From assembly GCA_024653775.1 (NCBI GenBank), contig JANLHZ010000106.1, forward strand, positions 1 to 60,377: a DNA stretch of 60,377 bases, written 5' to 3'. This DNA is from Planctomycetota bacterium (lineage in GTDB: Bacteria > Planctomycetota > UBA8742 > JACQVU01 > JANLHZ01). The notes beneath the pieces are model-generated. The model worked only from the letters and a program-made list of their open reading frames with translations, ran no database searches and was not told the DNA's origin. The position numbers and the translations under genes are program-made. Positions 30,614 through 40,038 of the stretch are shown piece after piece (positions within the stretch are counted from its first letter, which is position 1; each line of letters starts with the position of its first letter).

Positions 30614-31804
30614 CTATTTTCGCTGATTTTCTTCACACATCAAAGTCGATTTTCTTCTGGACGTCATCTTCAAAAGCTGCTCGGCGTGCAACTCCCAAGT
30701 AAGCGGTTCTATCTTCGCCCGACCCGCTTCGCCAACGCGCGCCGAGAACTTCCGATCGCTTGCAATGGACAGAACGAGTTCCGCGATGTCTTCCGGAGTC
30801 CAGTTATCCGGAAGAGTAAGACCGCTTTCGCGATCGACGTAGTATTCGCTCGCGCCGTTCGTCTTCGTGGTGATCACCGGGACCGATGACGCGAGCGCTT
30901 CGAGAGTCGCGTTCGAACAGGGATCGTAGTGGGACGGAAGACAAAACGCATCCGCAGCGGAAAACCAGACCTGCGGTTTGTCGGTCTGCTCGAGAAACAC
31001 CAGGTTCTTCTGCCAGCCGCCGCGCTTGGCTTCGCCTGCAACTATCGACTTGTCCTTTGCCCTGCCGTGGCCGAGGACGAGAAGTTTCACGCTCCCGGCT
31101 CCCTTCGCGCTTACGATCGAGAACGCGCGGGCAAGCTCGATCAGCCCCTTGCGCCTGAAATTGTGCCCGACGAACAGCACAGCAAAAGTATCGTCCGCGA
31201 ACTTCATCGACGCGCGAAGCTTATCGCGGAACCGTTTACGCGTCTTCGGCCCGAACGCATCTGAGTCGACACCCTTGCGCACCAGTTTAATGCGTTTATC
31301 GTCGATCTTGTAGTATCGCTGTACGTGCGACTTCACAAGCTCGGACTCGACGATGAGCTGGCGAAACTCTCCCCTCAGGTATATCTCGCGCTCGAGATCG
31401 AGCATCGTCTTGTAGCGCGGAAGCGTGGTCCAGAGAAGTTTTTTGAGAAATCCGGTCGCGTCGATGTTCTGCCAGTGCGCGAAAACGCCGTCGCCGACGC
31501 GGTAGACGTCCTGCGGAACGAACGGCGAGAGTCCGATCACGAGATCGAACTTCCAGCCCGCGAGCGCCTTCGAGACTTCGCGGGCGAAGCCGACGTTCTT
31601 CCTCGCCGAAGGCCAGCCCGGAGTCTTCAGCGGGTGATAGATTACCGGGTCTCCAGAACGTCCGGGGACCATCATTTCATGCTCGCGCGCGAAGACGTGA
31701 ATCTCGTCGCCCTGCTTGGCGAGCGCGCGTGAAAGTCCGGACACGTATCGTTCCGCGCCTCCGAGGGAAGGATCGTAGTCCTTTCTTACAAGTGCGATTT
31801 TCAT
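30614..31804 (-). CDS. GT4 glycosyltransferase (WaaG/RfaG-like)
   Basis: GGAERY, DVYRVGDG, FVGHNFRRKGL, YDPCSNATLEALAS. Confidence 0.88.
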   Translation of the reverse strand: MKIALVRKDYDPSLGGAERYVSGLSRALAKQGDEIHVFAREHEMMVPGRSGDPVIYHPLKTPGWPSARKNVGFAREVSKALAGWKFDLVIGLSPFVPQDVYRVGDGVFAHWQNIDATGFLKKLLWTTLPRYKTMLDLEREIYLRGEFRQLIVESELVKSHVQRYYKIDDKRIKLVRKGVDSDAFGPKTRKRFRDKLRASMKFADDTFAVLFVGHNFRRKGLIELARAFSIVSAKGAGSVKLLVLGHGRAKDKSIVAGEAKRGGWQKNLVFLEQTDKPQVWFSAADAFCLPSHYDPCSNATLEALASSVPVITTKTNGASEYYVDRESGLTLPDNWTPEDIAELVLSIASDRKFSARVGEAGRAKIEPLTWELHAEQLLKMTSRRKSTLMCEENQRK

Positions 31805-32066
31805 CGTTAAGCCGGGATCGTTCTTAGGGAGGCCTGCGAGGAGCAGACATTCAACCATCCGCGGCGTTCGCTGTCAACTACGGCTACTCCGCAATACGCG
31901 ATCTCAGACAGTCATATAACACAACATAAAATTAAATATTCTCAATTATAAATTACAATATACATGTTTATATAGCTAACTATGATTCAATTTTGAAATT
32001 AATTTGATAGATATAGTCTAAATAAATAAACTATAAGTAATGCGTCCGAAGTTCGAGAATGCGGAA

Positions 32067-35000
32067 TCAGCGCACTCTTGCGATGACGACTGACCCTGAC
32101 GGCTTGAGTTCGATCGACGGCAGCATCGATCCGCCGAGGGCCTGCGCGCGGGTCTGGACGTTCCGTTCGAGGTACAGACTCAGTTCCGAAAGCGTGACCA
32201 CGTTGTTCCCGTCGCCGGAAAGCCGGTCGGCGTTTCCGCTTAGACCGTCGAGGAGGATTTTCGTGAACACGCCGTTTTCGGCCTCCGGATCCTCGTGGGA
32301 GAACTGCCCTGGCTGGCAGGCGCCGAAGGTGGCTGTGACCTCGGTCGCCTCGTTGACGACGGTTCCGAGTACGCCGCGCATGCTCTGGTTGACCTGGTTT
32401 TCGCCTCGGAACATTCCGATGCCGCCCGCGTGGCAGGCGTCAATGAACTGAATCCTTCGCTTCGCGCGGAGTCTGTTCCAGAGTCCGGTAAGCGTTTCAG
32501 CCATCACGCCTGTCGCGGGGAGTCCCGCCGCTTGCGAGTCCCACGCGACGAGCGAGGTCGATCTTTCGTCCGCGATGCCGTGACCTGCGAAGAAGAAAAC
32601 CACCGTATCCTCTTCCGCCGACGCGCCGCGGACGAGGTGCTGCTCGAACGCCGCGCTGATAGCGCCCTGGGTCGCGCTCGAACCCGTCAGCGTCCGAACC
32701 GCGCCGTTCAGACTCCCGTCCTCGCGCAGAAGCGGTGAGTTCGGGTTCGTCTCGAACCAGGATGCGACGTCGATTGCGTCGTTTTCGGCGTACTGAAGAT
32801 CGCGAATAGCGTCGTCGCGATAATCGTTTATCCCAACGCAGAGAACCTGCCAGCGCCCGCGTGGAGTTTCGCGGGAGATGGTGCGGGTTTCCGAATATTC
32901 CTTGCCGTTCCCTGTGCGAAGGAAAACCCGAATCTGGTGCGTCCCGACGGAAAGCGAAAGCGTGCGTTCGAAGAACTCCTCGCGGAAGTTTCTTGCCGGT
33001 TCGGACGCGGGCGTCGTCAAGCCGGAGTCCGCGGTCGCGATCGCGCCCGGATCGCGGCTGATCGCGCTTACGACAACGCCGTCCACGAGAATATCGAACT
33101 GCGAAAACCCGCCGTACGCCTTTGCGTAGCCGCTGACCTTGACGTGCTCCTCGGTGGTGACGAAACTATCCGCCGGCGAATTGAGGCGTAGCACGTCCTC
33201 TCCGCGGAACACCTGCGTGATCGTCGGCGCGACTGCCTGCGATCCCCAGGAAGAAACCGTCTGGGAGCCGTGCTCGGTGAGGTCGTTCGAGGCGATCCAG
33301 GCCCGCTTGCCTTCCGCGGACTCGAACTCGTACCAGCTTCCGAGCTGCCTCGTGATCCGAAGCGCGCTTCCCGCGCCCGTCGCGATCGACATCAACTCCG
33401 TTTCCGCGCTCGCGCCGCTGTAGACGTTCGCGCTTTCACCCGCAAGATACATCGTCCGCGGCGGCGTGAACACGATCTCTCGATCGCTCGTGCGCGCGCC
33501 CACCTTGATCTCGATGTCGTCCTCGAAATTCAACCCGAATACCCGATCCTGCGCAAAAACGTGAATCCAGACGCTCGAGAATCCAAGCCCGGGCTTCGAG
33601 CCGAGTCTCACGCGGAACTCGTGGGTCTCGTTCGGTCCGAGCGCAGGGATCGTCTCTTCCGTGTCTCCAATCAGAAACGCGTTTCCATCGTAATTGCTCA
33701 TCGCGCCGAATGAAGTCTGAATCAGAAGGTCCCGCGCGGTCCCGGCCCCGGCGTTCGTGATGCCTAACACCACGTCGCCCGACTCGCCGGGAGAAAGAAT
33801 CCCGTCCTTGTTTCCGACGCTTTCGATAAACCGCGCGCTGTATCTTATCTCCGGCTTAGGCACCGGCTGAACCGCCTGCGAGACGTTAATATCCGAAGGA
33901 TCGAATCCGCGACCCTCTTTGAAACGCAGCCTGAACTGAATCCGGTCCGCGTCGAACGACATCGGAAGCGTGAACGAAACCCTCCGCGTGACGCTTCCAT
34001 GGCGCGGTACGAACCCAACGAACACGCGGTACGGGAGTGTCACATCGTCAGACGTGCCTTCGAAATCGACTTCCGGAAACGCCGCGACCTGATAGAGGTC
34101 TTCATCGCCGCTATTCTCGACCGTCAGCGCTAGTTTGTAGTCGCTGCCGGGCGACAACGCGCCCGAGAAAGCCCCCTCGAATCCGACCCGCGCGACTCCG
34201 TAAGGCTGGCCTGCGATCTCAGCCGGCGGGCTGATCCAGTTCACGGCGTCGCCTCCGACGGTAAAGTTTTCCCAGATCGGCGGAATCGTCCAAGGCGGCT
34301 CGAAACTCCAGAGATCCTTCTTGACGATGCCGTCGTGCCCGCCGAAAACGAGCATCTTATTCCCGGTCCACACTGCGCTGTGGCCTGTCCGCTTCGGCGG
34401 CTTCGTGTACCCCACGTCGATCTGCCTCCAGGACCTCGATTCGTTATTGTACACCCAGGTGTCGTCCAGATAGTTCGTTCCGTCGTAGCCCCCGAACATC
34501 ACGGTTTCGTTTCCGGTGAAAATCGCTGTGGTCCCGCCCCGCGCAGGCGGCGTCGATCTCAGCCCCGGCCAGAGCCACATCCTGGATTCGCGATCGAAGA
34601 CCGCACCGGTAGTCAGATACCCTCCTCCGTAGCCGCCCCAGACGAACATCTGGCTTCCCATCCATACCGCTATGTGTCTGTACCGCCCCGCCGGGACGTT
34701 CAGGACGTTCAGCGACGACCAGGAATCGCTGGAAGGATTGTATATTCCGCCGTCGTACTTGACGAAGCCGTCGTCGCCACCGCCGCCGAAAACGATCATC
34801 TCCGTCCCAGTCCACACCGCGGAATGATTGTCTCTTGGGGAAGGCGCGCCGACCGCGGTAATCCTTCGCCAGACGTCCGTGGAAGGATTGTAGGCCCAGC
34901 CGTCCGGGACCATGGTCGAATCCTCGATCCCGGTCTTTCCCGAAAAGACGATCATCTCGGTTCCGGTCCAGACAGCGCTGTGGTCCTTTCGCGCGATCGG

Positions 35001-35354
35001 CTCCGAATAAGGAGCGCTCATCGACGTCCAGGTGTCGGTCTCCGGATCGTAGACGCCGCCGTCCGCGACGGTCTGTTCGCCGTTCCAGCCGCCCCAGACG
35101 ATCATTTTGCTTCCGGTCCAGACAGCAGCGTGGACGCTCCTCTCGGTCGGAGCGCCGACGGTACTCAGTTCCTTCCATACGTTCCGGATAAGCGAAACCG
35201 CGGAGTCGTTTTCGAACGTGCTCGCCTCGACGTAATACGCGTCGTAGTCGAAGTCGTCGTCGGACGAGAACAGCGAACAGCACGGAATCGCCGCGGAAAC
35301 GAAAAGCAGCGAAAGAAATATCGAAGGACGAATGCGGGAATCAGCGGAGAACAT
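32067..35354 (-). CDS. Exported Kelch-repeat / Ig-like / SH3-like / caspase-like (peptidase C14) protein
   Basis: Signal or lipoprotein N-terminus; six HSAVWTG..MIVFGG Kelch-type repeats; VGINDY, LQYAENDA, FFFAGHG and FIDACHAG catalytic dyad. Confidence 0.85.
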   Translation of the reverse strand: MFSADSRIRPSIFLSLLFVSAAIPCCSLFSSDDDFDYDAYYVEASTFENDSAVSLIRNVWKELSTVGAPTERSVHAAVWTGSKMIVWGGWNGEQTVADGGVYDPETDTWTSMSAPYSEPIARKDHSAVWTGTEMIVFSGKTGIEDSTMVPDGWAYNPSTDVWRRITAVGAPSPRDNHSAVWTGTEMIVFGGGGDDGFVKYDGGIYNPSSDSWSSLNVLNVPAGRYRHIAVWMGSQMFVWGGYGGGYLTTGAVFDRESRMWLWPGLRSTPPARGGTTAIFTGNETVMFGGYDGTNYLDDTWVYNNESRSWRQIDVGYTKPPKRTGHSAVWTGNKMLVFGGHDGIVKKDLWSFEPPWTIPPIWENFTVGGDAVNWISPPAEIAGQPYGVARVGFEGAFSGALSPGSDYKLALTVENSGDEDLYQVAAFPEVDFEGTSDDVTLPYRVFVGFVPRHGSVTRRVSFTLPMSFDADRIQFRLRFKEGRGFDPSDINVSQAVQPVPKPEIRYSARFIESVGNKDGILSPGESGDVVLGITNAGAGTARDLLIQTSFGAMSNYDGNAFLIGDTEETIPALGPNETHEFRVRLGSKPGLGFSSVWIHVFAQDRVFGLNFEDDIEIKVGARTSDREIVFTPPRTMYLAGESANVYSGASAETELMSIATGAGSALRITRQLGSWYEFESAEGKRAWIASNDLTEHGSQTVSSWGSQAVAPTITQVFRGEDVLRLNSPADSFVTTEEHVKVSGYAKAYGGFSQFDILVDGVVVSAISRDPGAIATADSGLTTPASEPARNFREEFFERTLSLSVGTHQIRVFLRTGNGKEYSETRTISRETPRGRWQVLCVGINDYRDDAIRDLQYAENDAIDVASWFETNPNSPLLREDGSLNGAVRTLTGSSATQGAISAAFEQHLVRGASAEEDTVVFFFAGHGIADERSTSLVAWDSQAAGLPATGVMAETLTGLWNRLRAKRRIQFIDACHAGGIGMFRGENQVNQSMRGVLGTVVNEATEVTATFGACQPGQFSHEDPEAENGVFTKILLDGLSGNADRLSGDGNNVVTLSELSLYLERNVQTRAQALGGSMLPSIELKPSGSVVIARVR

Positions 35355-35548
35355 TGCCGGCTCCTACAACTTTTTATAAATCGAATCTAGAATAATCTTA
35401 TTACGCAAAACTATGAAAATCAGGGGAAGCGATCTTTTTTGTGCCGCCTGACTGTTTCCGGTATTATACCAGAGTACAGATGCCAACCTCGAAGTTCACG
35501 GCGATCTTGGTTCGGCGGCCGCTCAATTTACAAGTTTGCGCTCCACGA

Positions 35549-36706
35549 ATGACGACAATTCAAAAATCAAAAATGGAAAATCGAAAATTGGACAACTTCG
35601 TTCCGCCGAAGGGCGCGAAGATCGCCGTCGCGATGTCAGGCGGCGTGGATTCCTCCGTGACCTGCGCGCTTCTGAAAGAAGCCGGGTATGAAGTAGCGGG
35701 TTTTTTCATGAATATGGGGATTCCGTCAAGCGTGACGAAGAATTCGAAAAGCTGCTGCTCCGCGGTCGACGCGCGGGACGCGGCCCGCGTCGCGTCGAAG
35801 TTCGAGGTCCCCTACTACTCCCTCGATTTCAGCGAAGGCGGGAAAACGCTCATCGATTATTTCGTCGCCGAGTACGATCGCGGCAGGACGCCGAATCCGT
35901 GCGTGATGTGCAACCAGAAGGTCAAGTTCTCGAAGCTCCTGAACTTCATCGACGAACTCGGATTCGACTATCTCGCCACCGGACACTACGCCCGGGTCGT
36001 AAATCATCGCGGCGCGAAGCACATAGCCCGCGGCGTATGCGCTGAAAAGGACCAGAGCTACTTCCTCTTCGGCGTAGATTCGGGACTGATCGAGCGCATC
36101 GTATTCCCGCTCGGGACGATGACGAAGGACGAAGTCCGCGATGAGGCGCGAAGATTCGGACTAGGCGTCGCGGAAAAAGCCGAGAGCCAGGAAATCTGCT
36201 TCGTCCCGGACGACGACTATCGCACGCTTTTGAAGGACCGGATTCCCGAGCGCATCCGCCCCGGCAAAGTCATTGGTCCGGAAGGCGATGAAGTCGGAGA
36301 ACACGACGGATTCCAGATGTACACCGTCGGCCAGCGCAAGGGTCTTCGGATCGCGGTCGGAAAGCCGGTGTACGTGAAAAACATCGACCGCGAGTCTAAC
36401 ACGGTAAGCCTCGGAGAGCGCGACGATCTGATGGCGAAGGAGTTCATCGCGAGGGACGCAAAGTTCACGAACATGCCTCTCGCGGAGCACGAATGGGCGA
36501 AGGGCGGGCGCGTGTCGATGTTCGACGCGGCGGTGCAAATTCGTTACCACCACGAAGCGCAGCCCGCAAGCGTCGAGATTTTCAGCGGCGGGACGTTCCT
36601 CGTCCGGTTCCACGAACCCGTGTGGGCGATAACCCCCGGCCAGGCCGCGGTCGTATACGACGAAGACGTCGTCCTCGGCGGCGGGTTCATCGACAGGGTG
36701 TACTGA
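35549..36706 (+). CDS. mnmA: tRNA 2-thiouridylase MnmA
   Basis: [58 protein letters not shown]. Confidence 0.97.
   Translation: MTTIQKSKMENRKLDNFVPPKGAKIAVAMSGGVDSSVTCALLKEAGYEVAGFFMNMGIPSSVTKNSKSCCSAVDARDAARVASKFEVPYYSLDFSEGGKTLIDYFVAEYDRGRTPNPCVMCNQKVKFSKLLNFIDELGFDYLATGHYARVVNHRGAKHIARGVCAEKDQSYFLFGVDSGLIERIVFPLGTMTKDEVRDEARRFGLGVAEKAESQEICFVPDDDYRTLLKDRIPERIRPGKVIGPEGDEVGEHDGFQMYTVGQRKGLRIAVGKPVYVKNIDRESNTVSLGERDDLMAKEFIARDAKFTNMPLAEHEWAKGGRVSMFDAAVQIRYHHEAQPASVEIFSGGTFLVRFHEPVWAITPGQAAVVYDEDVVLGGGFIDRVY
36591..36706 (+). repeat. Left attachment-like direct repeat (functional mnmA 3' end)
   Basis: 113/116 nt identical to 40606-40721. Confidence 0.95.
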
Positions 36707-36765
36707 GCGTGAAAGCGCGGACACCTCCCGCCTCACGATTCATCTTAAAATCTTGGTGCTTCCAA

Positions 36766-37056
36766 TCATGCCACCACCACCTTCGCAGCGGTACTGACGG
36801 TTACGACAACTGAAAATCCGGGCGCGATTGGAAAGCGAATGTGAAGTCGTCTCAGCTCCTGCACGAATCCGAGGTTAAGCGTGAACGCGTCGAATATTGG
36901 AATCTGCGCATTGTTGTCCGGCTGTAACCAACCCGGTGAGGGTAGTGGCCCTGGACCATCGACCTCAATCTGAATGGTATTCGCCTGCACATAGATCACC
37001 GAATCCACCGGGCCCTGGCTGAGATCGAAAAAGAAAAATCTCACGTTTTCGGACAT
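36766..37056 (-). CDS. Small beta-rich hypothetical protein (possible minor capsid protein)
   Basis: GGAG RBS; alternating hydrophobic strands; last gene of the island. Confidence 0.6.
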   Translation of the reverse strand: MSENVRFFFFDLSQGPVDSVIYVQANTIQIEVDGPGPLPSPGWLQPDNNAQIPIFDAFTLNLGFVQELRRLHIRFPIAPGFSVVVTVSTAAKVVVA

Positions 37057-37119
37057 TGAATCTCCGCGCTATATAAGTCGAAATACATCAAAAATATCAA
37101 AATTTCGCACTCACTTGCA

Positions 37120-37932
37120 TTACTGATTACCCTTAGATCGCCAGAAAGAATCGTATCCTGAGTTATTCCAACTCCGCAAATAAGCTCTTCTATCTGTTAT
37201 CCAGTCGCCAACAGTCTCCGGGAATTCCTTGCGGAACACGGCGAACAGTCTGCCAATTGCTTCATTCCAGTGATCCATATTATTAGTAGCGACTGCTTCC
37301 AACCGCGCCTCCTCGATTTTCTCAGATGGAAACAATGCGAATAATTCTTTAACGGCTGTTGCAAAATCGAAAATCCTCGCCTTTCGCAATCTACCATGAC
37401 AAAAACGGCAATTACAAATGTCGTCGGATTGGCAATCGTCCAATATATACGGTCGATGCCAAGTTTCGCGATAGTCATATCGGCTCAAATAATCTATAAA
37501 TTGTGAATGAACGCTCGGATTTCCGCCAATTGCTATAACCTGAACCATCCTAAAAAACAAAGGCATATATGAGTCGCCCATCAACGAATACCAGTCAATT
37601 GCAGAAAACCTATCCGACAAAATGATGTCGGCGAGGGGGCCGTGTACAATTGTGTCGATTTCATCATCGCGGTACTCACTATGCCTTTCGGAGGTCAACC
37701 TGTAAATGTTGGCGCTAACGTATTCAACATCAGTCCACTTTTGAAACGACGAGGATTTGTTCGATTTCGATATGTTATCGAAATGTATAAAAGTGTGGTT
37801 ATTGCGTTTTGCCCTATAAATATCTGATTTTTTAGATTTAATAGTCGAAGCGAACCATACAGCCGTCAAAGCCATGAATAAAAAGCATAAGGTAAATATT
37901 TTAAATTTATATTTTGGGCGTTTTTTTTTCAT
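37120..37932 (-). CDS. Membrane-anchored hypothetical protein (candidate immunity or partner protein)
   Basis: ATGA overlap with the upstream stop at 37929-37932; basic N-terminus plus TM helix (IFTLCFLFMALTAVWFA); CxxxxxCxCxxC cluster; AT-rich. Confidence 0.65.
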   Translation of the reverse strand: MKKKRPKYKFKIFTLCFLFMALTAVWFASTIKSKKSDIYRAKRNNHTFIHFDNISKSNKSSSFQKWTDVEYVSANIYRLTSERHSEYRDDEIDTIVHGPLADIILSDRFSAIDWYSLMGDSYMPLFFRMVQVIAIGGNPSVHSQFIDYLSRYDYRETWHRPYILDDCQSDDICNCRFCHGRLRKARIFDFATAVKELFALFPSEKIEEARLEAVATNNMDHWNEAIGRLFAVFRKEFPETVGDWITDRRAYLRSWNNSGYDSFWRSKGNQ

Positions 37933-39008
37933 GACTTCGGCAAATTTGACCAAATAGTAGACGGCTCCCACTTGGGTTGTTTTCTTCCAGCCGGTGTTGT
38001 AAATGCCACGCTGCCCTCACCTTGCTCCAACGCTTTCCTAACTTTATTCGTATAACGAGGGTCTCCCCCTCCGTTATACGCTGCGGCTGTCTCCATCAAC
38101 ATCTCTTGCGTCAGGGTTCCCCCGCAACGCCATCCGCCGCCGCGACCTGTGAATAAATGGAGAAACCATCTCGCACCCCAAAAAATTGATTCTTGCCCGT
38201 CTATGTTCCAATTCGTTAACGCGAGATCGTTTGGCGCCGGGGCAGACCCTGCAGTTTCGCCCGGTACAGGAACGATCAAGTCAAAATCATGTTCAAAAGG
38301 TCGCGATGCGCCAGAACCTGTACGCCATCTTTCTTCCGTTTCACCTCTCATTGCACCCATGGACGGATCCTGAGGATCTGCAACTTGCATCACGTCTTCA
38401 GAATCGACCCAATTCCTGGAGCCTCGCGGCACTATAGCTCCTGCCCCATAACCAATTGAGCTTTCAACCATTGCAATGTGTTTGATGAAATCGGCAATAA
38501 CCCGCATTTGTTCGTTGTCAAGACAAAGCCCCATCTCCTCATTCCAATATGCGACCGCGTTGATAAATGCGCTGTCGTACTTGTCGAATCTTCTTTCGTA
38601 TTTATCATCTTTGTCGAGAACGCCCATGCTTGTCAGAGGACCGATGTTAGCCATATTCTGGGAACTTCGAAGCGTAGCGGGGAATAAAATCGTTTCTCCA
38701 TTGGGCATTACTTCAGTTCGTGGCGGAGACACTGACTCATCTTCATAATCGACGAATTTGAAATACTCTTTTGTAAAGACATCCCGATATTGTCCTCCTT
38801 CGGGGGTATTATCGGGCAAATCCTCTTTTGGTACTTTCGGTTTCTTGTTAAAGTTGCAATTGATACAATCAACCTCTGGACTTGGAGACTTTTCTACATC
38901 GACTTGCGCATCGGTAATGCCGAAAAACCGTTTGTAATCCTGGAGTAGGAAATACTCATTTCTCTCCATCACGGACATGTTATATATTCTTTCCATGTCT
39001 TCCGGCAT
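37929..39008 (-). CDS. Lysozyme-like / SLT-type lytic transglycosylase domain protein
   Basis: SLT motifs in order: IKHIAMVESS (catalytic Glu), DVMQV, SIFWGARWF, AAAYNGG...Y..KV. Confidence 0.7.
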   Translation of the reverse strand: MPEDMERIYNMSVMERNEYFLLQDYKRFFGITDAQVDVEKSPSPEVDCINCNFNKKPKVPKEDLPDNTPEGGQYRDVFTKEYFKFVDYEDESVSPPRTEVMPNGETILFPATLRSSQNMANIGPLTSMGVLDKDDKYERRFDKYDSAFINAVAYWNEEMGLCLDNEQMRVIADFIKHIAMVESSIGYGAGAIVPRGSRNWVDSEDVMQVADPQDPSMGAMRGETEERWRTGSGASRPFEHDFDLIVPVPGETAGSAPAPNDLALTNWNIDGQESIFWGARWFLHLFTGRGGGWRCGGTLTQEMLMETAAAYNGGGDPRYTNKVRKALEQGEGSVAFTTPAGRKQPKWEPSTIWSNLPKS

Positions 39009-39010
39009 TT

Positions 39011-39982
39011 CTACCTCTGGATACTAGTCGTAAGAACTGTCAGCAGCGAATTCACCGGAGGCGTAGCGACGATATTAAGAATAGTATTCAAAACCAGGCT
39101 GTTTTCCACGCGAATCGCGCCCCTGACTCCGTTCCATGTGAAATCGTACATGAAAAATCCAGCCGGTATTCCTTCGGCCGTCGGCATTACGAGTCTCGAT
39201 CCCATCCTTGCAAGCATCAGGTCAAGCGCGGTTTCGACATCAGCCCGCACGAGTGAATTATTATTGTACTCTAGAATTTCGAAGGTGTCAGCAATATTTT
39301 GGCGCTCCCCGGTCGCGTCGTCCCTTATGAAGTAGGCGAGCGAAATGATGTCCCGTCTGCCGTTCGCGTTCTGCGACTGATGACGACCGGACTGGGTAAT
39401 GCCGAAAAACGAGGAAAGATTCGAGACGCGCATCAATGGACCGTTCGGACGCATCGACGTTTCCACCGCGAAAACGTCCGCGCTGACGTTCTGCAGCGTC
39501 CAGCCTGCCGGGGGACCGACCAGAATGTCGGCTATCGTTCCAAAGCGAAGGTCCAGTTGAACGCTCTGCGCGCCATAGACTCCGGCGAGTCCGGACGCGA
39601 ACTGTCCGGGCAGATCAAGGTTGATTTCGATATACCAACTGAAGGGGAACGTGGTCGCGCCGCTTATGACGTCGTTTATGTCCGCCTCTGTCCACCTTGA
39701 ACTTTGCATCTGAGTGAACGCGGCGTACCAGAAATAATCCCTCGGCGCCCACTGCTGAAGCACGACGTTATCGACGAGAAGCGAGGCGCTTTGAATCGCG
39801 TTCAGCGAACCGTCGCCCCGAAACGTTGCTGTGTCCGTGGAAAGCGGCTTCGTGATTTCGCCCCGGATCCTGAGCAGAATCCGGACAATGTTCTTCGAAG
39901 GATTTGTGAGCGTCCCCGACGGATTGCCCGTGTTCGCCCTGAATCTGAAATTGGTGGTGACTGCGTCCATCCCGTTTGCCAT
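39011..39982 (-). CDS. Probable double jelly-roll major capsid protein (STIV/PRD1-like)
   Basis: 323 aa, beta-rich; motif order IVRILLRIRGEIT, LNAIQSASLLVD, WYIEINLDL, QSVQLDLRFG, IISLAYFI, GFFMYDF parallels STIV B345 as I recall it; AAGGA RBS. Confidence 0.65.
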   Translation of the reverse strand: MANGMDAVTTNFRFRANTGNPSGTLTNPSKNIVRILLRIRGEITKPLSTDTATFRGDGSLNAIQSASLLVDNVVLQQWAPRDYFWYAAFTQMQSSRWTEADINDVISGATTFPFSWYIEINLDLPGQFASGLAGVYGAQSVQLDLRFGTIADILVGPPAGWTLQNVSADVFAVETSMRPNGPLMRVSNLSSFFGITQSGRHQSQNANGRRDIISLAYFIRDDATGERQNIADTFEILEYNNNSLVRADVETALDLMLARMGSRLVMPTAEGIPAGFFMYDFTWNGVRGAIRVENSLVLNTILNIVATPPVNSLLTVLTTSIQR

Positions 39983-40038
39983 ATCGGTCCTTTGTGGTTG
40001 CTTCTGTTTTGTTCAAGTCGAAAATCTTTGGAAAAACG

